Below, piece by piece: positions 45,699-55,407 of a DNA stretch of 64,000 nucleotides (its first letter is position 1; every line of letters begins with the position of its first letter). Origin of the DNA: Sumerlaeia bacterium (GTDB lineage Bacteria; Sumerlaeota; Sumerlaeia; SLMS01; JAHLLQ01). Location: the NCBI GenBank assembly GCA_040219255.1, contig JAVJSW010000049.1:58067-122066 (forward strand). The letters are read 5' to 3'. Below the pieces are notes generated by a model, which saw only the letters and a program-made list of their open reading frames with translations, was not told the origin of the DNA and did not search any database. The translations under genes and the position numbers were made by a program.

Positions 45699-47090
45699 AT
45701 GTCCGTTCTCGACGATGCCGAACTGGTCCAGCGCACCCGCCGGGGCGACCGCCGCGCGATGGAGAAGCTGATCGAGCTTCACTACGCGGGGGTTCTCGCC
45801 GAGGGGCGCAAGATCCTCAAGGACGAGGACGCGGCGGAAAACCTGGCACAGGAGGTTTTCCTCCGCGCCGCTCTGAATCTGGAGACCTTACGCGAGGACC
45901 AGAAATTCGGGGGCTGGGTGCGGACCATCGCCCGCAACCTGGCCCGCACCTGGAAACGCTCGGAAACCCGCACCTCGCGCCTCGCCCGCCAAATCTTGCT
46001 GGAGGACTCCGCCATGGAAAACATCGCCGACACCACCCCCTCGGCCCCGGAACGGCTGGAGGAAGTCGACCGGCTGAGTCAGCTTCGCCAAGCCCTCGAA
46101 GGCCTGGAGCCGGACGAACGCGACGTGATCCTGCGGCATTTCTTTCAGAACGAAAGCCAGCGCGACATCGGGCGCGAGCTGGGCGTCCACCACACCACGA
46201 TCTCGAGGCGGATTCAGGGGGCCCTCGGCAAACTGAAAACCTTCCTCACGCCCGGAGAGCCCGCGTTCTCCGGCCCCCAGAAGGCCAAGGTCCTCTGCGC
46301 CGCCGCGCTGGCGCTGCCCGCCGCGAAGAAAAGCGCCGTCGCCGGCGAGATCGCCCGGGAAACCGCCACCCTGTCCCTGCCCCCCTGGATGTCGGCCATC
46401 CACCCCCATTTCGCGGCCACCGCCGCCGGAGTTATCGCTATGAACACCACCCAGAAAATCGTCGTCGCAGCCATCGCCGCCGCCCTCCTCGTCGGAGGCA
46501 CCGTCGCCACAAAAGCCACCACCGGTTCCCCAGGCTCCGCCCTCTTCGCCTCCGCCGCCGCCCCGTCGGAAACCATAGACATCGCCATGGGCGGGGAAGT
46601 CACCGTGGACATCGCCTTTGGCGAGACCAAACGCCTCGCCCTCGATTCCATCGCCGGATTGCCGGCCTTCGCCCAGGAACACATCGCGGATTTCCAGACT
46701 ATCGACCTGACGGCCCGGGAGAACGGCACCATCGAAGCTCGCCTGGTCAAAGCCGATGGCAGCGTCCTGGAACAGACGCTGTACACGTCGGCGCGCGACA
46801 CCGCCCAGGCCACCAACGTCCACGTCTGGGAGGAAATGGGCCTGCTCCTGATCGTCAGCGCCGCCATCCGCCAAACGCCGACTGGTATGCAGGTGAATTA
46901 CTTCAAGGTCAACCGGCCGGACCTGTTGCCCGCGGTGAAGAACCTGGAGCGGCTGGCGGAGGAGGGCCGCCTGTCGCCCTACGAAGCCCGCATGCGCACC
47001 GAGAAGCTGATGGCGGACAACGGCCTTTTCCCGCAGGACGCGGAGAACCGCGAGTTGGTTCGGCGGCTGGTGAGCGGGTTCTTCGATTGA
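45699..47090 (+). CDS. ECF sigma-70 family factor (sigma2 + sigma4) fused to a single-pass TM segment and ~270-aa C-terminal extracytoplasmic domain.
   Basis: ORF 45339..47090; Met121 MSVLDDAELVQRTRRGDRRAMEKLIELHY (region 2.1/2.2), AQEVFLRA, ...DERDVILRHFFQNESQRDIGRELGVHHTTISRRIQ (region 4 HTH). Then KIVVAAIAAALLVGGTVA (TM) and a non-repetitive C-terminal domain with no stop in between. Confidence 0.75.
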   Translation: MSVLDDAELVQRTRRGDRRAMEKLIELHYAGVLAEGRKILKDEDAAENLAQEVFLRAALNLETLREDQKFGGWVRTIARNLARTWKRSETRTSRLARQILLEDSAMENIADTTPSAPERLEEVDRLSQLRQALEGLEPDERDVILRHFFQNESQRDIGRELGVHHTTISRRIQGALGKLKTFLTPGEPAFSGPQKAKVLCAAALALPAAKKSAVAGEIARETATLSLPPWMSAIHPHFAATAAGVIAMNTTQKIVVAAIAAALLVGGTVATKATTGSPGSALFASAAAPSETIDIAMGGEVTVDIAFGETKRLALDSIAGLPAFAQEHIADFQTIDLTARENGTIEARLVKADGSVLEQTLYTSARDTAQATNVHVWEEMGLLLIVSAAIRQTPTGMQVNYFKVNRPDLLPAVKNLERLAEEGRLSPYEARMRTEKLMADNGLFPQDAENRELVRRLVSGFFD

Positions 47091-47163
47091 GCCAATTGGG
47101 GTGAGAATCGGGAACGTCTCCCGGCAGCGATGCCGGGAGCGGGTCTTTGGAAAGGCGTGCGAA

Positions 47164-48375
47164 TTAGCGTTCGCCGAGGCCGACGAGGGCGTAGATGCTG
47201 GGCGCCAGGGCGAGTTGGACTTCCTGCTGAACGGACGGGAGTTGATTTTCCAGGGCGCGGGGGTCGTCGGTCACCATGGCGGCCTCCGGTTCGGCGAAGA
47301 CCATCCAGTCGCGCTCGACCTCGGTTCGCGGATCGCCCATGAAGAACTGGGTGAGGATGTTGCGCTCGGTCAGGTTCTGGGCCAGGTAGGGATCGCGCCG
47401 CATGCGGATGTAGACCTCGCGGGCGGCCTGCGTGTCGCCCGAGGAAACCAGGGCGTCGATCAGCTTGGAATAGGCGGTATAGGCCAGGGGGTGGCTGGGG
47501 TAATCGAAGGTGAACCGGCGAAGCTGCTCGACGGCGGAGGCGACGTAGCTCTTCACTTCTTCTTCACTGGCGCGGACGGCGGCGGCGAGATCGCCCATCG
47601 CGAGTGTGAGCAGGGCGTAGGGCCTGAGGGCGGCAGCGGGAGTTTCCTGGGCGATGCGCTCGAGCGGGCCCCGATGGCTGGGATCGAGGAGCGCGAGATT
47701 TTGAAGCGACAGAAAAACTTCCGGGTCCTCGATCCATTCGAGAGCTTTCTTGTCATCGCCGCTGGCGGGCGTCACGTCATACGAAAAGACACCGAGGTCC
47801 TGATAGGTGGCGGTGGCGCCATCGGCGTCTTCGAAGCAGTAGAGGGCGGTGGCCATGCGATAGGCGCCGGCGGTATCGGAGAGAGCGCCCGACAGGCTGT
47901 CGTGATCGTAGGCGAGGATCTGGACGCGGCTGACCCGCTGGTCGTACTCCAGGCTGGTGCCGACGCGTTGGTTGCGGCGGATCAGGGGGTCTTTCACTTC
48001 GAAGGGAGCGATGCCGAGGCTTTGGTCGGGAACGACGACGGCGCGAAAATCCGACCCCAAAGTCAAGGCGCCGGTGAACTCGGCGGGGCGGCCTTTCGCA
48101 TCGCCTTCGACTTGCAACTCGATGAGGAGCGGTTCGCCCTGGGACGCCGAGGGCGTCAAGAGGCGGGCGCGGCGCAGGACACCGTTGCACCGGACGGCGT
48201 CGAGGTATTGGGGCGCGGAGGCGGGGTTGGCGTAGGCGGGCGGAACGGCGGACTGTGCCTGGGCGAGTGCCGGAGCCGCGGAAAGAAGGCCCGCCAGCGC
48301 CAGACCACAAGCGGTCCAGCGGTTGCTAAAGGTGGGATTTGGGGAGATGAAAATCCGCGAAAGTCGCCGCATCAT
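47164..48375 (-). CDS. Hypothetical secreted protein (~400 aa).
   Basis: ORF 47164..48435; Met21 begins MMRRLSRIFISPNPTFSNRWTACGLALAGLLSAAPALAQAQ (signal). No motif recognised. Confidence 0.55.
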   Translation of the reverse strand: MMRRLSRIFISPNPTFSNRWTACGLALAGLLSAAPALAQAQSAVPPAYANPASAPQYLDAVRCNGVLRRARLLTPSASQGEPLLIELQVEGDAKGRPAEFTGALTLGSDFRAVVVPDQSLGIAPFEVKDPLIRRNQRVGTSLEYDQRVSRVQILAYDHDSLSGALSDTAGAYRMATALYCFEDADGATATYQDLGVFSYDVTPASGDDKKALEWIEDPEVFLSLQNLALLDPSHRGPLERIAQETPAAALRPYALLTLAMGDLAAAVRASEEEVKSYVASAVEQLRRFTFDYPSHPLAYTAYSKLIDALVSSGDTQAAREVYIRMRRDPYLAQNLTERNILTQFFMGDPRTEVERDWMVFAEPEAAMVTDDPRALENQLPSVQQEVQLALAPSIYALVGLGER

Positions 48376-48473
48376 AAGTTGGCCGTCAGTTTCCGTGAAA
48401 GAGTCGGGCGCGATGGCAAAAGGTTGCCGCGCCATGCACCCTCACCGGACTCGAATCGCCCCGGCGGGGTTTG

Positions 48474-49121
48474 CTAGGGGCGATTGGGCTCGAGGATCAA
48501 CTGCCCCGACAGATCCCGGCGCGCTTTGCGGGCCAGGTCCTCGAGCACTCCCAGTTGGGACGTGAACCAGTCCGTGTCCTGGCCGGACCAGCGCCACACT
48601 TCGTCGCCGCTTTGGACTTCGACGAGGGAGAGTTCCAGATCCGCTTCGCTCTTCCAGGTGTGGAGAGTTTTGTCATGGACCGTGCGCGATTCGCCGACTT
48701 GGCTGCTGAGGACGTAATCGACGTTGAGCGCGCGGCCGTAGTCGAGGGGGTCCTGCATTTGGAGGACGACGAGTCGTTCCTCCGGGGTCAGGCCCGGGTA
48801 GATTTGATTCAGGACGCGCTCCTTGGAAGCCATGAAGGCGGTCAGGTCGGTGCGGGAATAGACCTGGACGCCGGGGATGCGGCCGAATTCGCGGGCGAGG
48901 GCTTCGCCGGCCAGGACGCCGGCGTTGCCACTGTCGTAGCGGTCGCGGGCGGAAAGCCACCATCCGGCGGTGGACTTGCGGGTTTCGCCGTTTTCGACGC
49001 GGGCATCGAGCACCGCCATGGTAACCAGGCCATCGGTGGCTGGCATTTTGCGCGCGCAGCCGGACGTCAGGGCCACCGCCATCAGACAGAACGCGAGAAA
49101 AAGAAATCCACTGGGCCGCAT
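48474..49121 (-). CDS. Hypothetical lipoprotein (lipobox LTSGC).
   Basis: MRPSGFLFLAFCLMAVALTSGCARK: type II signal peptide with an invariant Cys. 215 aa. Confidence 0.6.
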   Translation of the reverse strand: MRPSGFLFLAFCLMAVALTSGCARKMPATDGLVTMAVLDARVENGETRKSTAGWWLSARDRYDSGNAGVLAGEALAREFGRIPGVQVYSRTDLTAFMASKERVLNQIYPGLTPEERLVVLQMQDPLDYGRALNVDYVLSSQVGESRTVHDKTLHTWKSEADLELSLVEVQSGDEVWRWSGQDTDWFTSQLGVLEDLARKARRDLSGQLILEPNRP

Positions 49122-49235
49122 CTCGGACGATATTCCTCATCGCTGGAAATGATGGGGCGGATCGGGTCCACCATCCGGGCCCATAGGGAACCAGGGGCCC
49201 CGCAAGCGTCAAGCGCGGTCGCGGCGCCAGGGGGA

Positions 49236-49268
49236 TACAGAAAACCGCCCCGGAGGATTCCGGGGCGG
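49236..49268 (-). terminator. Putative rho-independent terminator on minus strand (CCGCCCCGG-AATCCTC-CGGGGCGG then TTTTCTGTAT).
   Basis: GC-rich 8-9-bp stem plus T-tract, ~70 nt downstream of the 49334 gene stop on the minus strand. Confidence 0.5.
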
Positions 49269-49333
49269 GGGTCCATGCTCTCAAGCGGGCTCGCGCTGGG
49301 GAGGTGTGGTTCCCATCACCGTCTCACGACGGT

Positions 49334-51019
49334 TTACTGCATGACGACGGAGAAGGAGCTGTGTTGACCGTCTTCCGTGACAGTCTTGCTGGTCACGATG
49401 TTGCCCATGCCGCGGACAATATCGAGGCCCTTGAACATCGCTTCCATGTCGTCGGGCTGCATGCCGGCGCCCACGAACTGGGCAAGGAGGGGCGAGGCGA
49501 TGTCGACGATGCGCTTGAGGTTGACCTGGCTGTACTGGTGGGCTTCGCCAGGGATGTTGCCGCTGGCGGAGGACCAGGCGGCGCCTTCGAAGAGCCCGCC
49601 GTCACCGGCCTTGGCCGCCTTCAGCGCCCCGCGCAGGCTTTCAACGTTCGGCCCGATGACGACGGTGCCGTCTTCAGTCATGGCGTGGAAGAGGCCGAGC
49701 GGCATGCCCATGGCGCCGGGAGCGATAATCGAGCGCACTTCAACGCCCTCGATGGTCTGCACCTGCGGCGTGACGGCGACACCGCCGCCCTGCTGCGCGA
49801 AGACTTGAGCGACGTTGCTCTCCAGCTTCGACATGACGGCCTTGGCCTGGTCCTTGTTCTTGGATTGGGCGACGATGGTCAGGTCGATCTGGGGCATGAA
49901 GCCCATCAGGGCAAAGTCGTTGAAGAAAATGCCGGTGTCGGGGCCAAAGGCGGAGAGCACCTCGTCGGCCTTCATGCCGAGCATGGCTTCGATCTGCTGG
50001 ACGCCCTGCTTCACTTCCGGAGTGGTGGTGGGCGAATTGAGGGACTTTTTCACGGTTTCGCCGTCGAAGAGGTTCGTGACGGTGGCGAAGAGGGCGTCGT
50101 TGGCGGCGAACTCCGCCAGTTTGTCGAAGTTCGAGGTTTCCTGGGCGGCGTAGTTGTCGATGAGGGACTTCATCTGCGAGCCCTCCTCGACGCCGACGAA
50201 GGACTTGCCGTCGATGCGGGACTCGCCGAAGTTCATGACGGCGGCGATGTCGTCGGGGATCATGGACTTGGCTTCGGCCAGTTCGGGGCGCGCGGCCATG
50301 AGAGTTTCGATCAGCGCTTTGCTGGCGAACATGGAGAAATGACCATCCATGCCGACGTTTTCGAAGGCCTTTTTGATGCGTTCGTTTTCCGCCAGGGTGT
50401 TGCCGGTGGAGGTGATGGAGCTGGACAGGGCGCCCATGGAGGAGGAAGCGATGAGAATTTCGCCCATGCGGGTGGCGTGAACGCCGTCGCCGCTGAGGCT
50501 GTAGGTCTTGGTGCCGCTCACTTCGTTTTCGGCGACCATCTCCGCTTCGGCGACGCCTTGACCGGCCATGGCGGCTTTGGATTGCTTGAGGAGGTGCTGG
50601 AGCATCGCTTCAGCGTGCTCCTCGGAGTCGAAGTCGGCGACGATGACCATGGCTTGGTTGTCGGTCATGTAAAGGTCGACGCCCTGGAGGACTTCGCCGA
50701 GGAACTGATCGGGCTTGAGGCTGTACCCCAACTCGAGTTCGGCTTTGTCCATGTTGAGGAGGAAGTCCTGGAACTCGGGGGAATTCTTGACGGCGTTGAG
50801 GGCGAGGAGTTCGCCGAGGCGGGCGGCGACGGGGGACTTGCCGAAGCCTTGCCACATTTCGTTCGTGTCATTGATGCTGACGAAGGCCTCGACACCAGAG
50901 GGAACGCGGTCCGGAACGGCGACTTCCTGGGCCGCGGCGGTCAGGGGCAGAGTGAGAGCGAAAACCGTCGCGACGGCGAAACGCCGGGTGTGGCGCGAAA
51001 AGCGGGATCTGAGAGTCAT
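49334..51019 (-). CDS. Hypothetical secreted protein (~560 aa).
   Basis: ORF 49334..51103; Met29 begins MTLRSRFSRHTRRFAVATVFALTLPLTAAAQE (signal). Uniform codon usage. No catalytic motif recognised. Confidence 0.6.
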   Translation of the reverse strand: MTLRSRFSRHTRRFAVATVFALTLPLTAAAQEVAVPDRVPSGVEAFVSINDTNEMWQGFGKSPVAARLGELLALNAVKNSPEFQDFLLNMDKAELELGYSLKPDQFLGEVLQGVDLYMTDNQAMVIVADFDSEEHAEAMLQHLLKQSKAAMAGQGVAEAEMVAENEVSGTKTYSLSGDGVHATRMGEILIASSSMGALSSSITSTGNTLAENERIKKAFENVGMDGHFSMFASKALIETLMAARPELAEAKSMIPDDIAAVMNFGESRIDGKSFVGVEEGSQMKSLIDNYAAQETSNFDKLAEFAANDALFATVTNLFDGETVKKSLNSPTTTPEVKQGVQQIEAMLGMKADEVLSAFGPDTGIFFNDFALMGFMPQIDLTIVAQSKNKDQAKAVMSKLESNVAQVFAQQGGGVAVTPQVQTIEGVEVRSIIAPGAMGMPLGLFHAMTEDGTVVIGPNVESLRGALKAAKAGDGGLFEGAAWSSASGNIPGEAHQYSQVNLKRIVDIASPLLAQFVGAGMQPDDMEAMFKGLDIVRGMGNIVTSKTVTEDGQHSSFSVVMQ

Positions 51020-51148
51020 GAAGGGATCCTTTAGCGGAAAGTTTGGGGAATACGGGGCAAAAACTTCGGTGGACCTGCCGGTCCGGTCCTCGTTAGGGAA
51101 CACTACGCCCCGGGGAGGGACAATATTTATGAAAGAAGTGTTCCGAAC

Positions 51149-52327
51149 GTGCGCGCACTGACGATTCTAGGCTCAACAGGCAGCATCGGGACCCAGGCGC
51201 TCGATGTCGTTCGGGCGTTTCCTTCACAGTTTCAGGTTCTCGCGCTGGCGGCGGGGAGCAATCTGGAACTGTTCCGGCGGCAAATCGCCGAGTTCCAGCC
51301 GGCCTTCGTGACTCTGGCGAATCGCCAGGGGGCCGAAATTCTGGCATCGGAATTGGCGGGAACAGGGACGAAATTGCTCAGTGGCCCGGACGCTCTCACG
51401 CGGCTGGCGGCGGAGGTCCCGGCCACCATGGTGCTGGCCGCCACGGTGGGATGGACGGGGGTGGAGCCGGTTCTGGCGGCCATCGCCGCGGGGCGCGACA
51501 TCGCCCTGGCGAACAAGGAAGTGCTGGTGTGCGCGGGGGATCTGGTGATGGCCGCGGCAAAAGCCCACGGCGTGGCCATCTATCCGGTGGACAGCGAGCA
51601 CAACGCCATCATGCAGTGCCTGGCGGCGAGCGGCCCAGGGGCGGCGCCTCTGAGGCGCTTGATCCTGACGTGCAGCGGCGGAGCGTACCGCAACGCCTCG
51701 GCGGAGGAAATCGCCCTCGCCGGTTGGGAGCGCACACTGGACCACCCGACCTGGGACATGGGGCGCAAGATCACCGTGGACAGCGCGACGCTGATGAACA
51801 AGGGCTTCGAGGTGATCGAGGCGCACCATCTTTTTGGTGTGCCAATGGAAAAAATCCAGGTGGTCATCCACCCGCAAAGCATCGTCCACAGTCTGGTGGA
51901 ATTCGCCGACGGCAGCATGATGGCTCAGATGGGCCGCACGGACATGCGGCTGCCGATCCAGCACATTCTGACCTATCCGGACCGGCGGCCGACGACGCTT
52001 GAGCCGTTGGACTTGACGGAGGTGGGGTGCCTGGACTTCTTGAAACCCGACCTTGGGCGCTTTCCGTGCCTGGCCATGGCGTACGAAGCGGCTCAGCGGG
52101 GCGGGACTCTGCCCTGTGTCCTGAACGCCGCCAACGAGATCGCCGTTGCCGCGCACCTGGGCGGCCAGATTCCGTGCGGAGGGATTCCGGAGTTGATTCG
52201 CCAAGTCCTGGACGCCCACGAAATCCAGCCCGCCGCAAGCCTCGACACACTGCGGGAGGCCGACCGCTGGGGCCGCGAGGCAGCCCGGGCCGTTCTGGCC
52301 GGGATGAACGCGGCGCCTCGCGTCTGA
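51149..52327 (+). CDS. dxr: 1-deoxy-D-xylulose 5-phosphate reductoisomerase (Dxr/IspC).
   Basis: GTG start. LTILGSTGSIGTQALDV (NADPH Rossmann). LANKE. Metal and substrate residues HPQSIVHSLVEF.DGS..AQMG. Confidence 0.9.
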   Translation: MRALTILGSTGSIGTQALDVVRAFPSQFQVLALAAGSNLELFRRQIAEFQPAFVTLANRQGAEILASELAGTGTKLLSGPDALTRLAAEVPATMVLAATVGWTGVEPVLAAIAAGRDIALANKEVLVCAGDLVMAAAKAHGVAIYPVDSEHNAIMQCLAASGPGAAPLRRLILTCSGGAYRNASAEEIALAGWERTLDHPTWDMGRKITVDSATLMNKGFEVIEAHHLFGVPMEKIQVVIHPQSIVHSLVEFADGSMMAQMGRTDMRLPIQHILTYPDRRPTTLEPLDLTEVGCLDFLKPDLGRFPCLAMAYEAAQRGGTLPCVLNAANEIAVAAHLGGQIPCGGIPELIRQVLDAHEIQPAASLDTLREADRWGREAARAVLAGMNAAPRV

Positions 52328-52527
52328 AGGGCGGCTTTTCTTTTTGTGCGTGACGAATGGGATTTTCACTTTCTGCTTAGGTCGGGGGTCCCGCCCGGTC
52401 TACCATCTTTCGACCGCGCCCAACCGAACGCTTTTTTTTCCAGTCCACCTTATTCCACCCTCTCGCGTCCTGGTGCCCGAGCGCCGTTAGCGTTAGGAAA
52501 AAGCCCCCGAAAGGCCCCGACCACCTC

Positions 52528-54162
52528 GTGTTTCTCGACCTCTTAGCTCAGGCTGCCGCGGAAGCCCCCGCCGCCGAACCGTTTCTGTCCCGTGTGGGCA
52601 GCTTTCTTGTGGGACTGCTCGGCTTCGTGACAGCCTTTGGCCTTGCCGTTTTCATCCACGAACTGGGGCATTTCCTGGCCGCCAAGGCTTTCAAAGTCCC
52701 CGTCGAGCGCTTCGTCATCGGTTTCGACCGCGAGGCCATGCCGTTCATGCCCAAGTGCATTTGGGAACGGACTTATGGCGAGACGACCTATGGGCTGTCG
52801 CTGATGCCGCTGGGCGGGTACGTCAAGATGGCCGGCACGATCCACCCCGACATCGAACGCTATATCGACGGCGACGCCCCGAAAGAAGGCGAGCTGACGG
52901 AAACGGACGCGGCGGGTCTGGAAGTGCTGACCCACGCCACGCCCTCGAAGCAGCAGCCGGCCGAGGCGGACACCGATACGGACAAGCCGGCTTCGCTCTC
53001 AGAGCAGGCGCTCCAGGATCAGGCGGCGCTTTACAAGAAGCCGTTCTGGCAGAAAACGATCGTTTATGGCGCGGGCGTCACGATGAACATGCTCCTGGCT
53101 ATGGTCATCGTGACGATCATGCTGGTGAAGGGCGAAAAAATCGACAAGCCGCTGCCGGCCGTCGTGGCCTGGCAGAGTCCCAACAGCGCCTTGGTACAGC
53201 AGGGTCTCGAGCCCGGCGACCGCATCGTCTCGATTCACGGCACCCCGGTTTCGACGGACCGGGAGGTCTACGAAGTCTTGGGGAAACTGGCCAACCCGAC
53301 GGTGATCGAGGCCCCCGGGTCGGACGTCAACGAAGGGACCACGATCACGGTGACGATTGGCCTGGACCGCGGCGGCGAGCAGTTGACGAGAACGGTGGAC
53401 TATCACACGGCGGAATTCTTCGGTGAGGACGCGTTGATTTCCCGCCCCGCCAGCGTCGAATACGTGGTGCTCTACGAACCGGCGAGCAAGGGCGGCGTGA
53501 AGGAAGGGGACTTGATCCTGGAGGTGGAAGGAACGCCGGTCCAGGACTGGTTCCACCTGGTGCACCTGATCAGCCAGTCGGCGAACGAAGATATGTCGTG
53601 GATCGTGCGGCGCAAGGATCAGGACGCACCGATTCAACTGACGGTGACGCCTCGCGAGGAAGAGATCGAACGCCCCGGCCTGGACCCCGTCGTGGTGGGC
53701 CGCGTGGGGATTCAGTATGGCGCGCTGGAAAAGGAAGTGGCGAAAGTCGGTCTGGGCGAGGCGATCCTGATCGCGCCGGGCCAGATCGTCCGCATGACGA
53801 AGGGCTATTTGTCGAACCTGGGGCGGCTGGGCAAGAACCTGGCCCAGGGCGACGTGCAGACCGTGCGGCGCGAGTTGGGCGGCCCGGTGGCTATCGGCCA
53901 CATGGCGGGGCACCACGCCAACCTGGGGCTCGACCGTTTTCTGCAATTCATGGTGATGCTGAACATCGCGCTGGCGGTGATGAACCTGCTGCCGCTGCCG
54001 GTGCTCGATGGCGGGCACATTGTGCTGGCGGGCTACGAGGCAGTGGTGGGCAAGCCGGTGCCGCCGAAGATCCTGGTGCCGATTTTGAATGGGGCGGTGA
54101 TTTTCCTGCTGGGTTTCGTGCTGCTGGTTTCCTTCAGCGATTTGCTGAAGATTTTCAGTTAG
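52528..54162 (+). CDS. rseP: RseP-type site-2 protease (M50 zinc metalloprotease with PDZ domains).
   Basis: HELGHFLAAK (HExxH within TM1). Two PDZ-like segments. C-terminal LDGGH motif (NLLPLPVLDGGHIV). The start is GTG at 52528 or possibly ~52594. Confidence 0.85.
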   Translation: MFLDLLAQAAAEAPAAEPFLSRVGSFLVGLLGFVTAFGLAVFIHELGHFLAAKAFKVPVERFVIGFDREAMPFMPKCIWERTYGETTYGLSLMPLGGYVKMAGTIHPDIERYIDGDAPKEGELTETDAAGLEVLTHATPSKQQPAEADTDTDKPASLSEQALQDQAALYKKPFWQKTIVYGAGVTMNMLLAMVIVTIMLVKGEKIDKPLPAVVAWQSPNSALVQQGLEPGDRIVSIHGTPVSTDREVYEVLGKLANPTVIEAPGSDVNEGTTITVTIGLDRGGEQLTRTVDYHTAEFFGEDALISRPASVEYVVLYEPASKGGVKEGDLILEVEGTPVQDWFHLVHLISQSANEDMSWIVRRKDQDAPIQLTVTPREEEIERPGLDPVVVGRVGIQYGALEKEVAKVGLGEAILIAPGQIVRMTKGYLSNLGRLGKNLAQGDVQTVRRELGGPVAIGHMAGHHANLGLDRFLQFMVMLNIALAVMNLLPLPVLDGGHIVLAGYEAVVGKPVPPKILVPILNGAVIFLLGFVLLVSFSDLLKIFS

Positions 54163-54165
54163 GCC

Positions 54166-55158
54166 TCAGCGCCGCACCTTCAGGTATCGCCGGGCGGCGG
54201 CTTCGTAGGCCAGCGGGCTGAGCCAGCGAATCGGCGCGATGGTGGAGAGCACGCCGGCGGTGTTTGTGAGGGAGGGATTGACGGCCTGGGCCTTGCGGAA
54301 TTGCTCGCGGGCGAGGGACCAGTTGGACTCGAGCCCGGCGTAGAAGGCGGCCATCTGATGGCAGCGGGCATAGCGGGACTGGACGCGCCGTTCGCCAAGA
54401 CGCTCGGCCAGTACGGGATGGCGTTCGAGGAGTTGTTCGAGCCCGCGGCGGGTTTCCTCGTATTGCTCGGCCCGGCGCGGAGCGGCGGCCATGGAGGTGT
54501 TGTTGCCATGCCGGCGCCAGCGGCCCAGCTCGCGGTCGCGCAGGCAAATGGCCGGGCCGACAAGGCCCAGTTCGATCCACTTGAGATAGTCGGTGTTCGG
54601 CCCCGGCCCCCAGAACGGGCCGCTTCGCCGCCAGGCTTCCTTGCGGAACATGACCGAGATGGCGGGGACGAAGCAGTAGTTGGCGAAGAGTTCGGAGGCG
54701 AAATCGCCCTCGACCGGGGGGTAATTGTCGAAGTGGGTGCCGAGGCGCCGCTCATCGTCGTCGATGGCTTCGGCGTTTCCATAGACCATGCTGGCTTCTG
54801 GATTGGCGTCGAGGGCCTCGACTTGCCATTCGGTGCGTTGGCGCGGGAGGAGATCGTCGGAGTCGACGATGCTGACATAGGGGGCGCGGGTCATTTCCGT
54901 GCCGCGATTGCGGGCGGCGACGACGCCGCGGTTTTCTTGACCAAAGGCGCGAATGCGGGGGTCGCGGCGGGCGTAGTCTTCTGCCACCGAGAGGGTGCCA
55001 TCGCGCGATCCATCGTCGACGACGACGATCTCGAAGTCCTGGATCGTCTGATCGAGAATCGAGTCGAGCGTCGCGCCGATATAGCGCTCGTGATTGTAGG
55101 AGGCGATGACGAAGCTGACGCGGGGGACCGGGGGCAATTCATCGCTGGGGAGCGCCAT
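54166..55158 (-). CDS. Glycosyltransferase family 2.
   Basis: ORF 54166..55218; Met21. VSFVIASYNHERYIGATLDSILDQT...IVVVDDGSRDGT...VSIVDSDDLL (DxD). Confidence 0.8.
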   Translation of the reverse strand: MALPSDELPPVPRVSFVIASYNHERYIGATLDSILDQTIQDFEIVVVDDGSRDGTLSVAEDYARRDPRIRAFGQENRGVVAARNRGTEMTRAPYVSIVDSDDLLPRQRTEWQVEALDANPEASMVYGNAEAIDDDERRLGTHFDNYPPVEGDFASELFANYCFVPAISVMFRKEAWRRSGPFWGPGPNTDYLKWIELGLVGPAICLRDRELGRWRRHGNNTSMAAAPRRAEQYEETRRGLEQLLERHPVLAERLGERRVQSRYARCHQMAAFYAGLESNWSLAREQFRKAQAVNPSLTNTAGVLSTIAPIRWLSPLAYEAAARRYLKVRR

Positions 55159-55407
55159 GGTATAGAAGTCCGCGTGGGGGATGGCTTTCGTGAAGATCGG
55201 GCGCGAAAGCTGAGGCAACGAAAGGGAAGGGGGCGGGATGGCTCAACCGGAAAGCCGGGCTCCAGAGGCGGTCCTGTGGCCGAAGGCGCGCCAAATGGGG
55301 GCAGAGCGTCCGGCATTGGCGTTGACCTGAGGAGGCGCCCTAAGTACTCGTCACCATTCCGGGGAGGGCAAGGCGCCACTTACCCAACTTTCGCTAGATC
55401 GTCTCTT

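Noticed and set aside
45540-45700. Possible ECF-type promoter (GGAAC ... ) upstream of the tethered ECF sigma gene
   Set aside because: I could find a GGAAC -35-like element but no convincing correctly spaced -10 (CGTT/GTC). Too weak to call.
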